From Candidatus Methylomirabilota bacterium (lineage in GTDB: Bacteria; Methylomirabilota; Methylomirabilia; Rokubacteriales; CSP1-6), in the NCBI GenBank assembly GCA_046723475.1, contig JBKOUQ010000132.1, positions 3,056 through 67,055 on the forward strand: a stretch of 64,000 nt of DNA, in the 5' to 3' direction. This document shows positions 47,660 to 58,824 of this stretch, piece after piece. The notes under the pieces were generated by a model that was given only the letters and a program-made list of their open reading frames with translations, was not told where the DNA came from and did no database searches. The stretch's first letter is position 1, and the number at the start of each line of letters is the position of its first letter. The position numbers were made by a program, and so were the translations under genes.

Positions 47660-47812
47660 CGCCTATATTTCTGCGGGCGTGGACGTCTGCTGACGAAAGC
47701 CATGCCGCGCGAGGGCGGTTTCGATTAATATGCCCGAGCGCACGGCAGTCAAGATGTTCGCGCCGGGTCCGTTCGACCCGAAAATTTTGATTCGTTGATG
47801 GAAGGAGACGCG

Positions 47813-48160
47813 ATGGCGACGGTGAATGAGACTCGGGAGAGCACGCCGACTCGGCGGGTGGAGGTCGCCGCGACCGCGCCGCAGATCAAGTGGGACGACG
47901 CGAATATGAAGAGCTCCTACGCGAACGTGTGCAATGTCGCGAGCACGCGCGAGGAGGTCGTTCTGCTCTTTGGCATCAACCAGGCGTGGCACGCGGGGCA
48001 GCGCGAGGTGACCGTGCAGCTCACCGACCGGATCATCCTCACACCGTTTGCCGCGAAGCGGCTCGCGATTCTGCTGAACAATTTGATGCGCGAGCACGAG
48101 ACGCGCTTTGGCGCGCTCGCCGTCGAGGGACCGCGTCCCGGCGAGACGCCGTCGGCGTAG
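47813..48160 (+). CDS. DUF3467 domain protein
   Basis: RBS AAGGAG 5 nt before the ATG at 47813. ..SSYANVCNVASTREEVVLLFG...LTPFAAKRLAILLNNLMREHETRFGAL matches the DUF3467 pattern as I recall it (YAN...V..T.EEF.LDFG ... P..AKRL...L..N...YE..FG). Confidence 0.7.
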   Translation: MATVNETRESTPTRRVEVAATAPQIKWDDANMKSSYANVCNVASTREEVVLLFGINQAWHAGQREVTVQLTDRIILTPFAAKRLAILLNNLMREHETRFGALAVEGPRPGETPSA

Positions 48161-48181
48161 TCGTGGCAGTGCGCCGCCGCA

Positions 48182-48209
48182 CGCCGCCTCCGGGATGCCG
48201 GAGGCGGCG
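48182..48209 (+). terminator. Intercistronic stem-loop (possible attenuator or RNA-stability element; no T-tract)
   Basis: cgccgcctccgg-gatg-ccggaggcggcg (12-bp perfect stem), 22 nt after the DUF3467 stop and 35 nt before the next ATG. Confidence 0.45.
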
Positions 48210-48243
48210 TCGGCGGCTCGATTCATTACGCTGACAATTTCAT

Positions 48244-50133
48244 ATGCCGGCCGCACCACCATCCATTGATCCCGAATCGTCCGTCTGGCGCGACTTCGCC
48301 CAGGCGCGAACGCCCGAAGACTTCTACCGCGGCTGGCTCGCTCTCCAGTGCCGGATGTTGCCCGGCGCCTGCAGCGCCGTCGTCATCGCCGGCTCGCCCG
48401 CCGTCGGACGCTTCGCGCCCGTTGCCGCCTGGCCGGATCGGCAGAGTGTTCAGCATCTCGCCGAGGTAGCCGAGAAAGCGCTGGCGCAGCGCCACGGCGT
48501 GGTGCTGCGCCGCCAGCGCAACGGCGCCTCGCCGGAGGACGGGCCGGCGGCCGCCACACGTGTGAGCGGCGAGCGGTACGACGTCGCGTATCCGATCGAG
48601 GTCGAGGGCAAGCTCTACGGTGTCGTCGCCGTCGAGCTCGAGCCGCATCCGGACCGCAACGTCGACGTCACCCTGCGTCAGCTGCAATGGGGCGCGGGCT
48701 GGCTCGAGGTGCTCGTGCATCGGCTCACGCCGCTGCGCGTCGACCCCGCGAGCGCGGAAGGCGCGCGACTCCGGCTCCAGACCGTGCTCGATCTCGTCGC
48801 GAGCGCGCTCGGCCACGACCGGTTCTATGGAGCGACGACCTCGTTCGCCACGACGCTGGCGACCCGTCTGGCGTGCGATCGCGTGAGCGTCGGATTCGTC
48901 ACGCGCGGTCGCGCGCGTGTGCGCGGCGTGTCGCACAGCGCGCAGTTCGGCAAGCAAACGAATCTCATCCGCGCGATCGAAGCGGTCATGGACGAGGCGC
49001 TCGATCAGGGCGCGACGGTGCTCTATCCCGCGCGCGGCTCGGACGCCGCGCGCGTCACGCGGGCCCACGAGGAGCTGTCGCGCCAGCACGGCTCCGGCGC
49101 GGTCTGCACGGTGCCGCTGGCCGAGGGGGGGCGGCTCGTGGGCGCGCTCACGCTGGAGCGCTCGGGCGGAACGCCGTTCGAGCCCGCGACGCTCGAGCTG
49201 TGCGAAGCGGTGGCGGCGGTGGCGGGGCCGGTGCTCGAGCTGCAGCGACGCGACGACCGCTGGCTTGCCGCGAAGGCGTTCGATCACGCACGGCGACATC
49301 TCGGTGCTGTCATCGGCCCGGCCCACGTCGCGCTCAAGCTCGGTGTGGTCGGCGCCGTCGCGGTCGTGGCGTTTCTGGTGCTCGCGAAAGCCGACTACCG
49401 CGTGTCCGCCCGCACGACGATCGAAGCGGGCGTGCGCCGCGCGGCGGTCGCGCCGTTCAACGGCTATATCCGGCAGGCGCCCGTCCGCGCCGGCGACCTC
49501 GTGCGCGAGGGCGATCTGCTCGTGATGCTCGACGACCGAGAGCTCAAGCTCGAGCGGCTGAAGTGGCTCGCACAGCAAGACCAGCTCGCCCGCCAGTACC
49601 AGCAGGCGCTCGCCAAGCGCGAGGCCGCACAGGTGAACATCTTCGGCGCGCAAGTCGAGCAGGCGCGCGCACAGCTCGCGCTGATCGAAGAGCAGCTCGC
49701 GCGCACGCGCGTGGTCGCCGGCTTCGGCGGCATCGTGGTGACGGGCGACCTGAGCCAGTCGCTCAACGCGCCCGTCGAGCGCGGACAAGTGCTGTTCGAG
49801 ATTGCGCCGCTCGACGAGTATCGGGTGGTGGCGCAGGTCGACGAGCGAGACATCGCGGACATCAAGGTGGGCCAGCCGGGACAGCTGCTGCTCACCGCGT
49901 GGCCCACCGAGGTGCTGCCGTTCCAGGTGCGAAAGCTCACGCCGGTCTCGATCGCCAGAGAGGGGCGCAATTACTTCCGCGTCGAGGGCAAGCTCGACCG
50001 CACCCCGGAGCGGCTGCGGCCGGGTATGGAAGGCGTCGGCAAGGTCACGATCGATCGCCGCCTGCTCGTGTGGATCTGGACGCGCCAGGCCATCGACTGG
50101 GTGCGGCTGAAGCTGTGGACGTGGTGGCCGTAA
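48244..50133 (+). CDS. GAF-GAF sensor / single TM / HlyD-family periplasmic adaptor fusion
   Basis: 629 aa. Two GAF-like blocks (..DVAYPIEVEGKLYGVVAVELEP.., ..CTVPLAEGGRLVGALTLERS..). TM LKLGVVGAVAVVAFLVLA at aa ~362-381. Then HlyD lipoyl, coiled-coil and barrel segments (..GDLVREGDLLVMLDDRELKLE..). Confidence 0.75.
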   Translation: MPAAPPSIDPESSVWRDFAQARTPEDFYRGWLALQCRMLPGACSAVVIAGSPAVGRFAPVAAWPDRQSVQHLAEVAEKALAQRHGVVLRRQRNGASPEDGPAAATRVSGERYDVAYPIEVEGKLYGVVAVELEPHPDRNVDVTLRQLQWGAGWLEVLVHRLTPLRVDPASAEGARLRLQTVLDLVASALGHDRFYGATTSFATTLATRLACDRVSVGFVTRGRARVRGVSHSAQFGKQTNLIRAIEAVMDEALDQGATVLYPARGSDAARVTRAHEELSRQHGSGAVCTVPLAEGGRLVGALTLERSGGTPFEPATLELCEAVAAVAGPVLELQRRDDRWLAAKAFDHARRHLGAVIGPAHVALKLGVVGAVAVVAFLVLAKADYRVSARTTIEAGVRRAAVAPFNGYIRQAPVRAGDLVREGDLLVMLDDRELKLERLKWLAQQDQLARQYQQALAKREAAQVNIFGAQVEQARAQLALIEEQLARTRVVAGFGGIVVTGDLSQSLNAPVERGQVLFEIAPLDEYRVVAQVDERDIADIKVGQPGQLLLTAWPTEVLPFQVRKLTPVSIAREGRNYFRVEGKLDRTPERLRPGMEGVGKVTIDRRLLVWIWTRQAIDWVRLKLWTWWP

Positions 50134-50136
50134 CGC

Positions 50137-52276
50137 ATGACGGGGCCGCTGTTCAGCAACAACTGGTATCGCGTGGCGGACCTGCAGCCGCGGCTGCGCA
50201 GTCATGCCCGCATCGTCCGGCACCAGTACCGGGGCGAACCGTGGTACGTGCTGGAGGATCGCGCGAACCAGCGGTTCCACCGGTTCACGCCGCAGGCGTA
50301 TCTGTTCGTGGGGCTGATGGACGGCCAGCGGACGACACAGGAGCTGTGGGAGACGGCGTGCGAGCGTCTGGGCGACGACGCGCCCACGCAGGACGACGTC
50401 ATCCATCTGCTGGGGCAGCTGCACGCCGCCGACGTGCTGCAGTGCAACGTCTCGCCCGATGCCGCCGAGCTGTTCGAGCGGTACGAGAAGCAGCAGCGCC
50501 GCCGCTGGCAACAGCAGATCTTCAGCATCTTCTCGTGGCGATTCCCGCTGTTCGATCCCGAGCGATTGCTGCGCGCGACGCTGCCGCTCGTGCGGCCGCT
50601 GGTCGGCTGGCCGGGCATCGTGCTCTGGATCGTGGCCGTCGTGCCGGCCGCCGTGCTCGTCGGGATGTCGTGGACCGACCTGACGCACGATCTCGTGGGC
50701 CGTATGCTCGCGCCGCAGAATCTCGTCGTGCTGTGGCTCATCTTCCCGATCATCAAATCGCTGCACGAGCTCGGTCACGCGTACATGACGAAGGCCTTCG
50801 GCGGCGAGGTGCACGACATGGGCGTCATGCTGCTCGTCGTGACGCCGGTGCCGTACGTCGATGCGTCCGCGACGTCGGCGTTCCGCAACAAGTGGCATCG
50901 CGTGCTCGTGGGCGCCGCCGGCATGATCGTCGAGGTGTTCCTGGCCGCGCTGGCCACGTACGTGTGGGTCGCCGCCGAACCGGGCGTGCTACGCCTCGTG
51001 GCCTACAACACCATCCTCATCGCGGGCGTCTCGACGCTGCTCTTCAACGGCAACCCGCTGCTGCGCTTTGACGGTTACTACATCCTCGCCGACGCGCTCG
51101 AGATCCCGAATCTCCGGCAGCGCGCCAACGCGTATCTCGGCTTCCTCGGTGAGCGTTACGTCTTCGGGCGCCGCGACGCCGAGGTTCCGACCGCGACGCC
51201 GGGTGAGCGCTGGTGGTTCGTCGCGTACGCCGTCGCCTCCTTCGTGTACCGGATTCTCGTGGTCGTCGGCATCGTCATGTTCATCGGCGACCATTACTTC
51301 TGGCTCGCGGTCCTCTTCGCGCTGCTCACCGCCGTCGCGTGGATCGGCGTCCCCCTCGTGAAGGGCGTGCGCTTCGTCTTCCGCAGCCCCCGGCTGCGCA
51401 AAGTCCGCCTGCGTGCGCTCAGCACAACGGCCGTGGCCGTCGCCATCGTCGTCCTCGTGATCGGCGTGCTGCCCGTGCCCTATCGCAGCCTGGTCGAGGG
51501 CGTGGTGTGGATCCCCGAGGAAGCGTACGTCCGCGCCGGGACCGAAGGCTTCGTCGGAGAGGTGGTCGCGACACCGGGCGCGCCGGTGCGGCGGGGCGAT
51601 GTGCTGGTGTTGCTGCGCGACAGCGAGCTCTCGTCCCAGGTTGCGCAGCTCGCCGGCCGGGTGCGCGAGCTCGAAGCCCGCTACGCCGAGCAGCGTCCCG
51701 TCGACGTCGTGAAGGCGGCGATCATCCTCGAAGAATTGCGGTACGCGCAGGAGGCGTACGCGCGCGCCCGTGAGCGCGCGTCGGAGCTGACGGTACGCGC
51801 GCTCACCACCGGCTCGTTCGTCATCGCCGCGCCCGAGGATTTGCCGGGCCGCTTCGTCAAGAAGGGCGACCTGCTCGGCTACGTCGTGCAGCTCGACAGC
51901 GTCACCGTGCGCGCGGTGGTGCCGCAGGGCACGGTCGACCTCGTCCGCGAGCACACCCACGCCGTCCACGTGCGGCTGGCCGAGCGGCTGGAGCAGCCCG
52001 TGGACGCGCTCGTGCACCGCATCGTGCCCGGCGGCTCGGAGAAGCTGCCCGCGAGCGCGCTGGGCACCGAGGGCGGGGGCCCGATTCCGGTCGACCCGCG
52101 CGACCAGTACGGCACGACCGCGCTCCAGAAGGTGTTTCAGGTCGACGTCGACCTGCCCGCGCGTTCCGATCGCGTGAACGCCGGCGGGCGCGCCTACGTT
52201 CGGTTCGATCACGGCCGTGAGCCGCTGGCCCAGCAGTGGTACCACCAGGTGCGTCAGCTCTTCCTGTCGCGCTTCA

Positions 52277-52284
<8 letters not shown>
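50137..52284 (+). CDS. PqqD/RRE-like domain - M50 (site-2 protease type) zinc metalloprotease - HlyD-like domain fusion
   Basis: 715 aa. HELGH at nt 50764-50778 lies inside a TM segment. Second M50 motif NPLLRFDGYYILAD. The N-terminal ~100 aa resemble PqqD (..FTPQAYLFVGLMDGQRTTQELWE..DDVIHLLGQLHAADVL). The C-terminal ~260 aa are lipoyl/coiled-coil/barrel-like (..GDVLVLLRDSELSSQVAQL..). Confidence 0.8.
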
Positions 52285-54265
<1,981 letters not shown>

Positions 54266-54281
54266 TGGCGGAGGCTTCCTG

Positions 54282-55094
54282 GTGAGACGTGTCTTGGTGA
54301 TGCTGGTTGCCGGCGCGCTGCTGCTGCCGACGACGACCGTCGCGCAACCCTCGACGTACGAGTGCCTGATCTATCCCTACGTTCACGTGGCCGTCAGCTC
54401 ACCGGTCGAGGGCCTGCTCGAGCGCGTGCTCGTCGATCGCGGCGATCTCGTTCGCGAGCAGGACGTCATCGCGACACTCGAGTCGAGCGTGGAAAAGGCC
54501 GCCGTGCTGCAGGCGCGGGCGCGCGCGGAGATCGAATCGGCGCTCAAATCCAACCAGGTGCGTCTGGATTTCGGCGTGCGTCGCTTCCAGCGCACCGATG
54601 AGATGTACAAGAAAGATCTCGTGCCGCTCAAGGAGCTCGACGAGGCCGAGACTACGAAGCTCCTGGCCGAGCTCGGCGTGCTCGAAGCGCAGGAGAACCG
54701 TCGCATCGCGGAGATGGACCTCGAGCGCGCCGGAGCACTGCTCAAGCTGCGTACGATCTACAGTCCGGTCACCGGCGTGGTGACCGAGCGCATGCTGGCG
54801 CCGGGCGAGTTCGCCAAGCAAGCGCCGATCGTCAAGATCGCGCAGATCCATCCGCTGCGGATCGAGGTACTGCTGCCCGTCACGATGGTCGGTCGGGTCA
54901 CCGTTGGCATGCGCGCCGAAGTGATGCCGGAGGCGCCGGTCGGCGGCACGCACATCGCGAAGGTCAGCGTGGTCGACCGCGTGGTCGACGCGGCGAGCGG
55001 CACGTTCGGCGTACGCCTCGACCTGCCGAACCCCGACTACAAGCTTCCCGCCGGCCTCAAGTGCCGCGTCCGGTTCCCGGTCGCGCCGCGCTAG
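54282..55094 (+). CDS. Secreted HlyD/RND-adaptor-like (MFP) protein
   Basis: GTG start with RBS GGCGGAGG. Signal peptide VRRVLVMLVAGALLLPTTTVAQ. Lipoyl (..RGDLVREQDVIATLES..), coiled-coil and barrel segments. 270 aa. Confidence 0.75.
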   Translation: MRRVLVMLVAGALLLPTTTVAQPSTYECLIYPYVHVAVSSPVEGLLERVLVDRGDLVREQDVIATLESSVEKAAVLQARARAEIESALKSNQVRLDFGVRRFQRTDEMYKKDLVPLKELDEAETTKLLAELGVLEAQENRRIAEMDLERAGALLKLRTIYSPVTGVVTERMLAPGEFAKQAPIVKIAQIHPLRIEVLLPVTMVGRVTVGMRAEVMPEAPVGGTHIAKVSVVDRVVDAASGTFGVRLDLPNPDYKLPAGLKCRVRFPVAPR

Positions 55095-55123
55095 GGCACT
55101 CGCCCTCCGCTCGCGCGGGGTCG

Positions 55124-55606
55124 TCAGACGCCGCGGGAGCGGCGCCAGGCGCGGATTTGCTCGGCGTGCTCGCGGTAGTGGTGCGCGCTGTTGCCATCGA
55201 CGATCTTCCACGCGGTTTTGCCCGGCACGAACCGCTCCGCGGGCACGCCGGCGGCGGCGTGCATGAAGTACTCGTGTGACTTGTCGAACTCGAGCAGCAC
55301 GTCCGCGACCGGAGCGCTCTGCCTGGCCGCGCTGAACTTGGCGTTCCAGGCGTCGACGTCGTCGTAGGACACGCCCTCGGGCACGGGCTTGTCGCCGCGC
55401 GCCAGCCGCTCGAGGGCCGGGCCCATCTCGCGATGCCACCCCGAGATGTGGGCGACGATGTCCTTGATCGACCATCGTCCGAGCCAGACCTCGCCCATGT
55501 CCGCCTCGTTCAGCCCCGTGAGCGTTTCGTGAAACGCCTTGTACTCGCGCGCGGCCTGATTCAGCAGCTCGTCCTTCGTTTTCGGCTCGGGGGTCACGGC
55601 GGTCAT
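55124..55606 (-). CDS. ClbS/DfsB-like (DUF1706) or DinB-like four-helix-bundle protein
   Basis: RBS GGAGG. MTAVTPEPKTKDELLNQAAREYKAFHETL..WSIKDIVAHISGWHREM..HYREHAEQIRAW. The layout resembles the ClbS/DfsB family. Confidence 0.55.
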   Translation of the reverse strand: MTAVTPEPKTKDELLNQAAREYKAFHETLTGLNEADMGEVWLGRWSIKDIVAHISGWHREMGPALERLARGDKPVPEGVSYDDVDAWNAKFSAARQSAPVADVLLEFDKSHEYFMHAAAGVPAERFVPGKTAWKIVDGNSAHHYREHAEQIRAWRRSRGV

Positions 55607-55610
55607 GCGT

Positions 55611-56639
55611 CTACCTCCGGCGGATGGTGTACCGGACGACCTCGCCGAGGCCGAACCGGCGATTGATCGGCAACAGCAACTCGAGCGCCAGCTTGGCGGC
55701 ACCGCCGCCGAGGCGACTGTCGAGGGCCGCCAGCGCGGCGCGGTAACCGGGCCGCGGCTGGTCGCGCAGCCAGTGCCGCACGCTGCGCGTCAGGTATCGC
55801 GGTTTCGTGCGGTGCGACGCCGCCGTGACCCGACCGCCGGCGCGGTCGACCATGGCCGCCATCGTCACCGGCGTGAAATGCACGAGGTGCCGCGGGAAAT
55901 CGAGGCCGCTCCAGTAGCGCCCGAAGAGGCGGCCGCCCGCGCCGCCGGCGTTGGGCACCTCGACGATCAGGACGCCGCCGGGTGCAAGCCAGCGGATCAT
56001 GCGCGCCAGCGCGTCGATCGGACGCGTGAGGTGCTCCACCACGTGGAACGACGTCACGACGTCGAAGCTGCCGTCGGCGAACGCGGCGTCCACGGGATCG
56101 CCGACGAACACCTCGGGCGTCACGGTGCGCGCCGTCGCCGCAGCGATCGGGTCGAGCTCGATGCCTGCGACCTGCCAGCCGACAATCTGCATGCGATGCA
56201 GGAAGCGCCCGGTCGCGCAGCCGACGTCGAGCAGACGGCCGTGCCCGGTCCACGGAGGAAAATTTTCACAAATCTTCCGCCGGTGCAGCCGGGCCCACCA
56301 CCGCGCCGACGCGCCGGCGCCCGTCGCGTCGAGGTGCCGATAGCCCAGCCAGCGCGCCAGCGCCCAGCGGACCGCCGGGCCGGCATCGCGCAGCATGCGT
56401 GGCATCTCGGGGTCACGAGCATGCGGCGGGTAGTCGTCGGGGTATGCATGCACGAGCTCGTCGTCGCGCAGACGCGGATTCTGGTGGAGCAGGCCGCAGC
56501 GGCGACAGCGCGCCAGCGCAAACGTGCCCGGCACGCCGAGCGACACGTCACGCAGCCAGCCGAGCGTGACGACGTCGCGACCGCCGCAGAGCGGGCAGGG
56601 CACGTCGTGCAGCCCGAGCGGCTCGACGAGGCGGCTCAT
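55611..56639 (-). CDS. Class I SAM-dependent methyltransferase with an N-terminal Zn-ribbon
   Basis: CPLCGG...CRRCG, then the motif I region LLDVGCATGRF and ..FDVVTSFHVVEHL. Confidence 0.85.
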   Translation of the reverse strand: MSRLVEPLGLHDVPCPLCGGRDVVTLGWLRDVSLGVPGTFALARCRRCGLLHQNPRLRDDELVHAYPDDYPPHARDPEMPRMLRDAGPAVRWALARWLGYRHLDATGAGASARWWARLHRRKICENFPPWTGHGRLLDVGCATGRFLHRMQIVGWQVAGIELDPIAAATARTVTPEVFVGDPVDAAFADGSFDVVTSFHVVEHLTRPIDALARMIRWLAPGGVLIVEVPNAGGAGGRLFGRYWSGLDFPRHLVHFTPVTMAAMVDRAGGRVTAASHRTKPRYLTRSVRHWLRDQPRPGYRAALAALDSRLGGGAAKLALELLLPINRRFGLGEVVRYTIRRR

Positions 56640-56679
56640 CGCGGCATCATTGTAGACGCTGTCGCGGGCGGCCGACGCC

Positions 56680-57102
56680 TCACGGCGGTAGCCGCTTGTA
56701 AAACAGAAGCTCCCGATAGCCCTGCGGCAGGTTGTCGATGTGGCCCGACGGAGCGAAGCCCAGCGCCGTGTGCATGCGAATGGACACGGCGTTGGTCTCC
56801 TCCGTCGACGAGAACAGGCGGGGACTCGGCGACATGCCTTCCACCGCGCGGAACAGCGCGCGGGCGACCCCGCGCTCGCGATGACTCTTCGCCACCGCGA
56901 CCAGCGACACGAACGTGCACTGAAACCAGTCCGTGCGGTACGCGATCATGCCGAGCACCGGACCGTCGTTCGCGGCGACCAGCATGTGGTGCCGCTCGAG
57001 ATGCGAACGGACGAACGGGCCGGCGCGCTCGCGTCCGATGACGTCGGCGGCGAGGGTCATGACGGCCTCGACGTCACCGGGGCCGGGCGGCCGAATCTCC
57101 AT
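56680..57102 (-). CDS. GNAT family N-acetyltransferase
   Basis: 140 aa. ..VAVAKSHRERGVARALF.. is a typical acetyl-CoA binding segment (R/Q-x-x-G-x-A). Confidence 0.8.
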   Translation of the reverse strand: MEIRPPGPGDVEAVMTLAADVIGRERAGPFVRSHLERHHMLVAANDGPVLGMIAYRTDWFQCTFVSLVAVAKSHRERGVARALFRAVEGMSPSPRLFSSTEETNAVSIRMHTALGFAPSGHIDNLPQGYRELLFYKRLPP

Positions 57103-57111
57103 ACGGGCAGT

Positions 57112-57957
57112 CTACGCCGCGAGGAACGCGTCGACCTCCCGCCGCACGAGCTCGTTGGCCGAGAGCAGGATCGTGTAGTGGTTGGTGCCCGGCACGACGA
57201 CGAGACGGCAGTGCGGGATCGCGTGCGCCATCGCTTCCGCCTCGTCCTGCGTCATCAGGCAGTCGGTGGCGGTGAGGAGGCCGTCGGGCGCGCGTAGCAG
57301 CAGCGTCGGCGCCTGCACGCGATGGTGGCGGACCCAGAGCCGCTCGCGCTGTAGATTCGCGACCTCTTCTTCGATCGCGTGGCGCGGAACCTTCGACTGC
57401 ACGCCACCGCCGGGCGTGCGCTCGACGTCATACGTGTAGTGCCGGACGAGATAGTCGTTCCAGCGTCCCGCGAACATCGGCAGCGCGCGCAGCCGCTCGA
57501 GGAAGCCGTCGAGCGAGGGGAACTCGACGCCGAGCCGGGCGACGGCGGGCGCGAGCGAGTCGAGGACCTCCGCGCGGACGTCGAGTCCGCCGTCGAACAG
57601 CACGAGCTTCGCGACGCGGTCCGGATGATTGGCCGCAAACGTCATCGCGATGTGGGCGCCCAGCGAATGGCCCATCAGCGTCGCGCGCGCGAGCCCGAGA
57701 TGGTCGAGGAGCCCGAGCAGGTCGGCATCGTGCATGGCGAGGCTGTAGCCCGACGCCGGCTTGTCGCTGTCGCCGCGGCCGCGGAGGTCGTAGGCGACGA
57801 GCCGCCGCCGCGGCGCCAGCGCGTCGACCATCGACAGCCACACGGTGTGATTGCTCGTGAGGCCGTGGATGCAGACGACGGTGCGCTCGGGTGGCGCCGC
57901 TGCATCCGGCCATGCCTGCACGGCGAGCTTGATCGCGTTCGTCTTGACGTGTTCCAT
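57112..57957 (-). CDS. Alpha/beta fold hydrolase
   Basis: ..VVCIHGLTSNH.., GHSLGA nucleophile elbow, C-terminal ..PGTNHYT. Confidence 0.85.
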   Translation of the reverse strand: MEHVKTNAIKLAVQAWPDAAAPPERTVVCIHGLTSNHTVWLSMVDALAPRRRLVAYDLRGRGDSDKPASGYSLAMHDADLLGLLDHLGLARATLMGHSLGAHIAMTFAANHPDRVAKLVLFDGGLDVRAEVLDSLAPAVARLGVEFPSLDGFLERLRALPMFAGRWNDYLVRHYTYDVERTPGGGVQSKVPRHAIEEEVANLQRERLWVRHHRVQAPTLLLRAPDGLLTATDCLMTQDEAEAMAHAIPHCRLVVVPGTNHYTILLSANELVRREVDAFLAA

Positions 57958-57962
57958 GCCGC

Positions 57963-58640
57963 TCAGTACGTGCCCGGGCGGATCTGCTTGTAGAGCTCCT
58001 TGAGCTTGTCGGCGGTGAAGTCACGCGACTGGCACACCCCGATGATCTTGCGCTCGTCGGCCTCGATCTTCGCCACCGCCTCCGCCACCTGACCGGCGAT
58101 GTCCTTGGGGATCGTTACGACGCCGTGCTGATCCGCGTGAATGAGCTCGCCCGGCTTGATCCACAGGCCGCCGACTTTCACGGGCAGTCCGAAGTCGACC
58201 ATGTGCACCCAGGCGTGCGACACCGAGACGTGCGCCGCCGCGAACTGGAAGCCGAGCGCTCGCACCTCGTCTAGATCGCGCACGGAGCCGTCGGTAACCA
58301 CGCCGACGCACCCGAGCGCCTTGTGGATGTTGGCCTGAACCTCGCCCCACTGCGCGCCCTGGCCGCGCGGCTCGTCGATGTCGTGCACCACCACCACGCG
58401 GGGCGCCGGAATCGTCTGCACGTAATCCCACCACTCGAACGTGCTCGACCGGTGACCCTGCAGCGGCTCGTGCTCGGCGCGGATCACGCAAGGCACGGCA
58501 TAACCGACGAGCGGGCCGAGCTCGGGGAACAGACAGCGGATCTCGGACGACATCTGGCCGACGTTGCGCGGCCGCAGCTTGAAGGTCTCGATGCCATTCG
58601 CGATGCTCGGGCTCGTGATCTTTCTGAGCGCGTCAATCAT
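57963..58640 (-). CDS. RraA-family protein (RraA / 4-hydroxy-4-methyl-2-oxoglutarate aldolase-like)
   Basis: Start MIDALRKITSPSIANG.. with RBS AGGAGG. ..GVVTDGSVRDLDEV..L.F.. is typical of RraA. The track ORF extension to 58868 covers the palindromic element and is not coding. Confidence 0.85.
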   Translation of the reverse strand: MIDALRKITSPSIANGIETFKLRPRNVGQMSSEIRCLFPELGPLVGYAVPCVIRAEHEPLQGHRSSTFEWWDYVQTIPAPRVVVVHDIDEPRGQGAQWGEVQANIHKALGCVGVVTDGSVRDLDEVRALGFQFAAAHVSVSHAWVHMVDFGLPVKVGGLWIKPGELIHADQHGVVTIPKDIAGQVAEAVAKIEADERKIIGVCQSRDFTADKLKELYKQIRPGTY

Positions 58641-58666
58641 GTCGCCTCCTGTCCAGCTAGAAATGA

Positions 58667-58824
58667 TGCATGAACGATCCAGCCGGAGGCCGAACGGGTG
58701 ACGCGGCGGGCGGGGAGCCCCACGAAGCGAGCCGGGGGACCCCACACCGGGCGGGGGTGGCGAGCTTCGTGGGGCTGCCCGCCGCGGCAGGACCCGTTCG
58801 GCACACGGCTGGATCGTTCGTGCA
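58667..58824. repeat. 158-bp imperfect palindrome (REP/MITE-like) between the TPR and RraA-like genes
   Basis: The left arm tgcatgaacgatccagccggaggccgaacgggt...agccccacgaagc pairs with the right arm gcttcgtggggct...acccgttcggcacacggctggatcgttcgtgca. The loop is G/C-run rich. Confidence 0.7.

Noticed and set aside
55605-57041. 478-aa plus-strand ORF spanning three minus-strand genes
   Set aside because: It is antisense to a methyltransferase and a GNAT gene, both with clear motifs, and it crosses their intergenic gap. I treat it as a GC-driven artefact.
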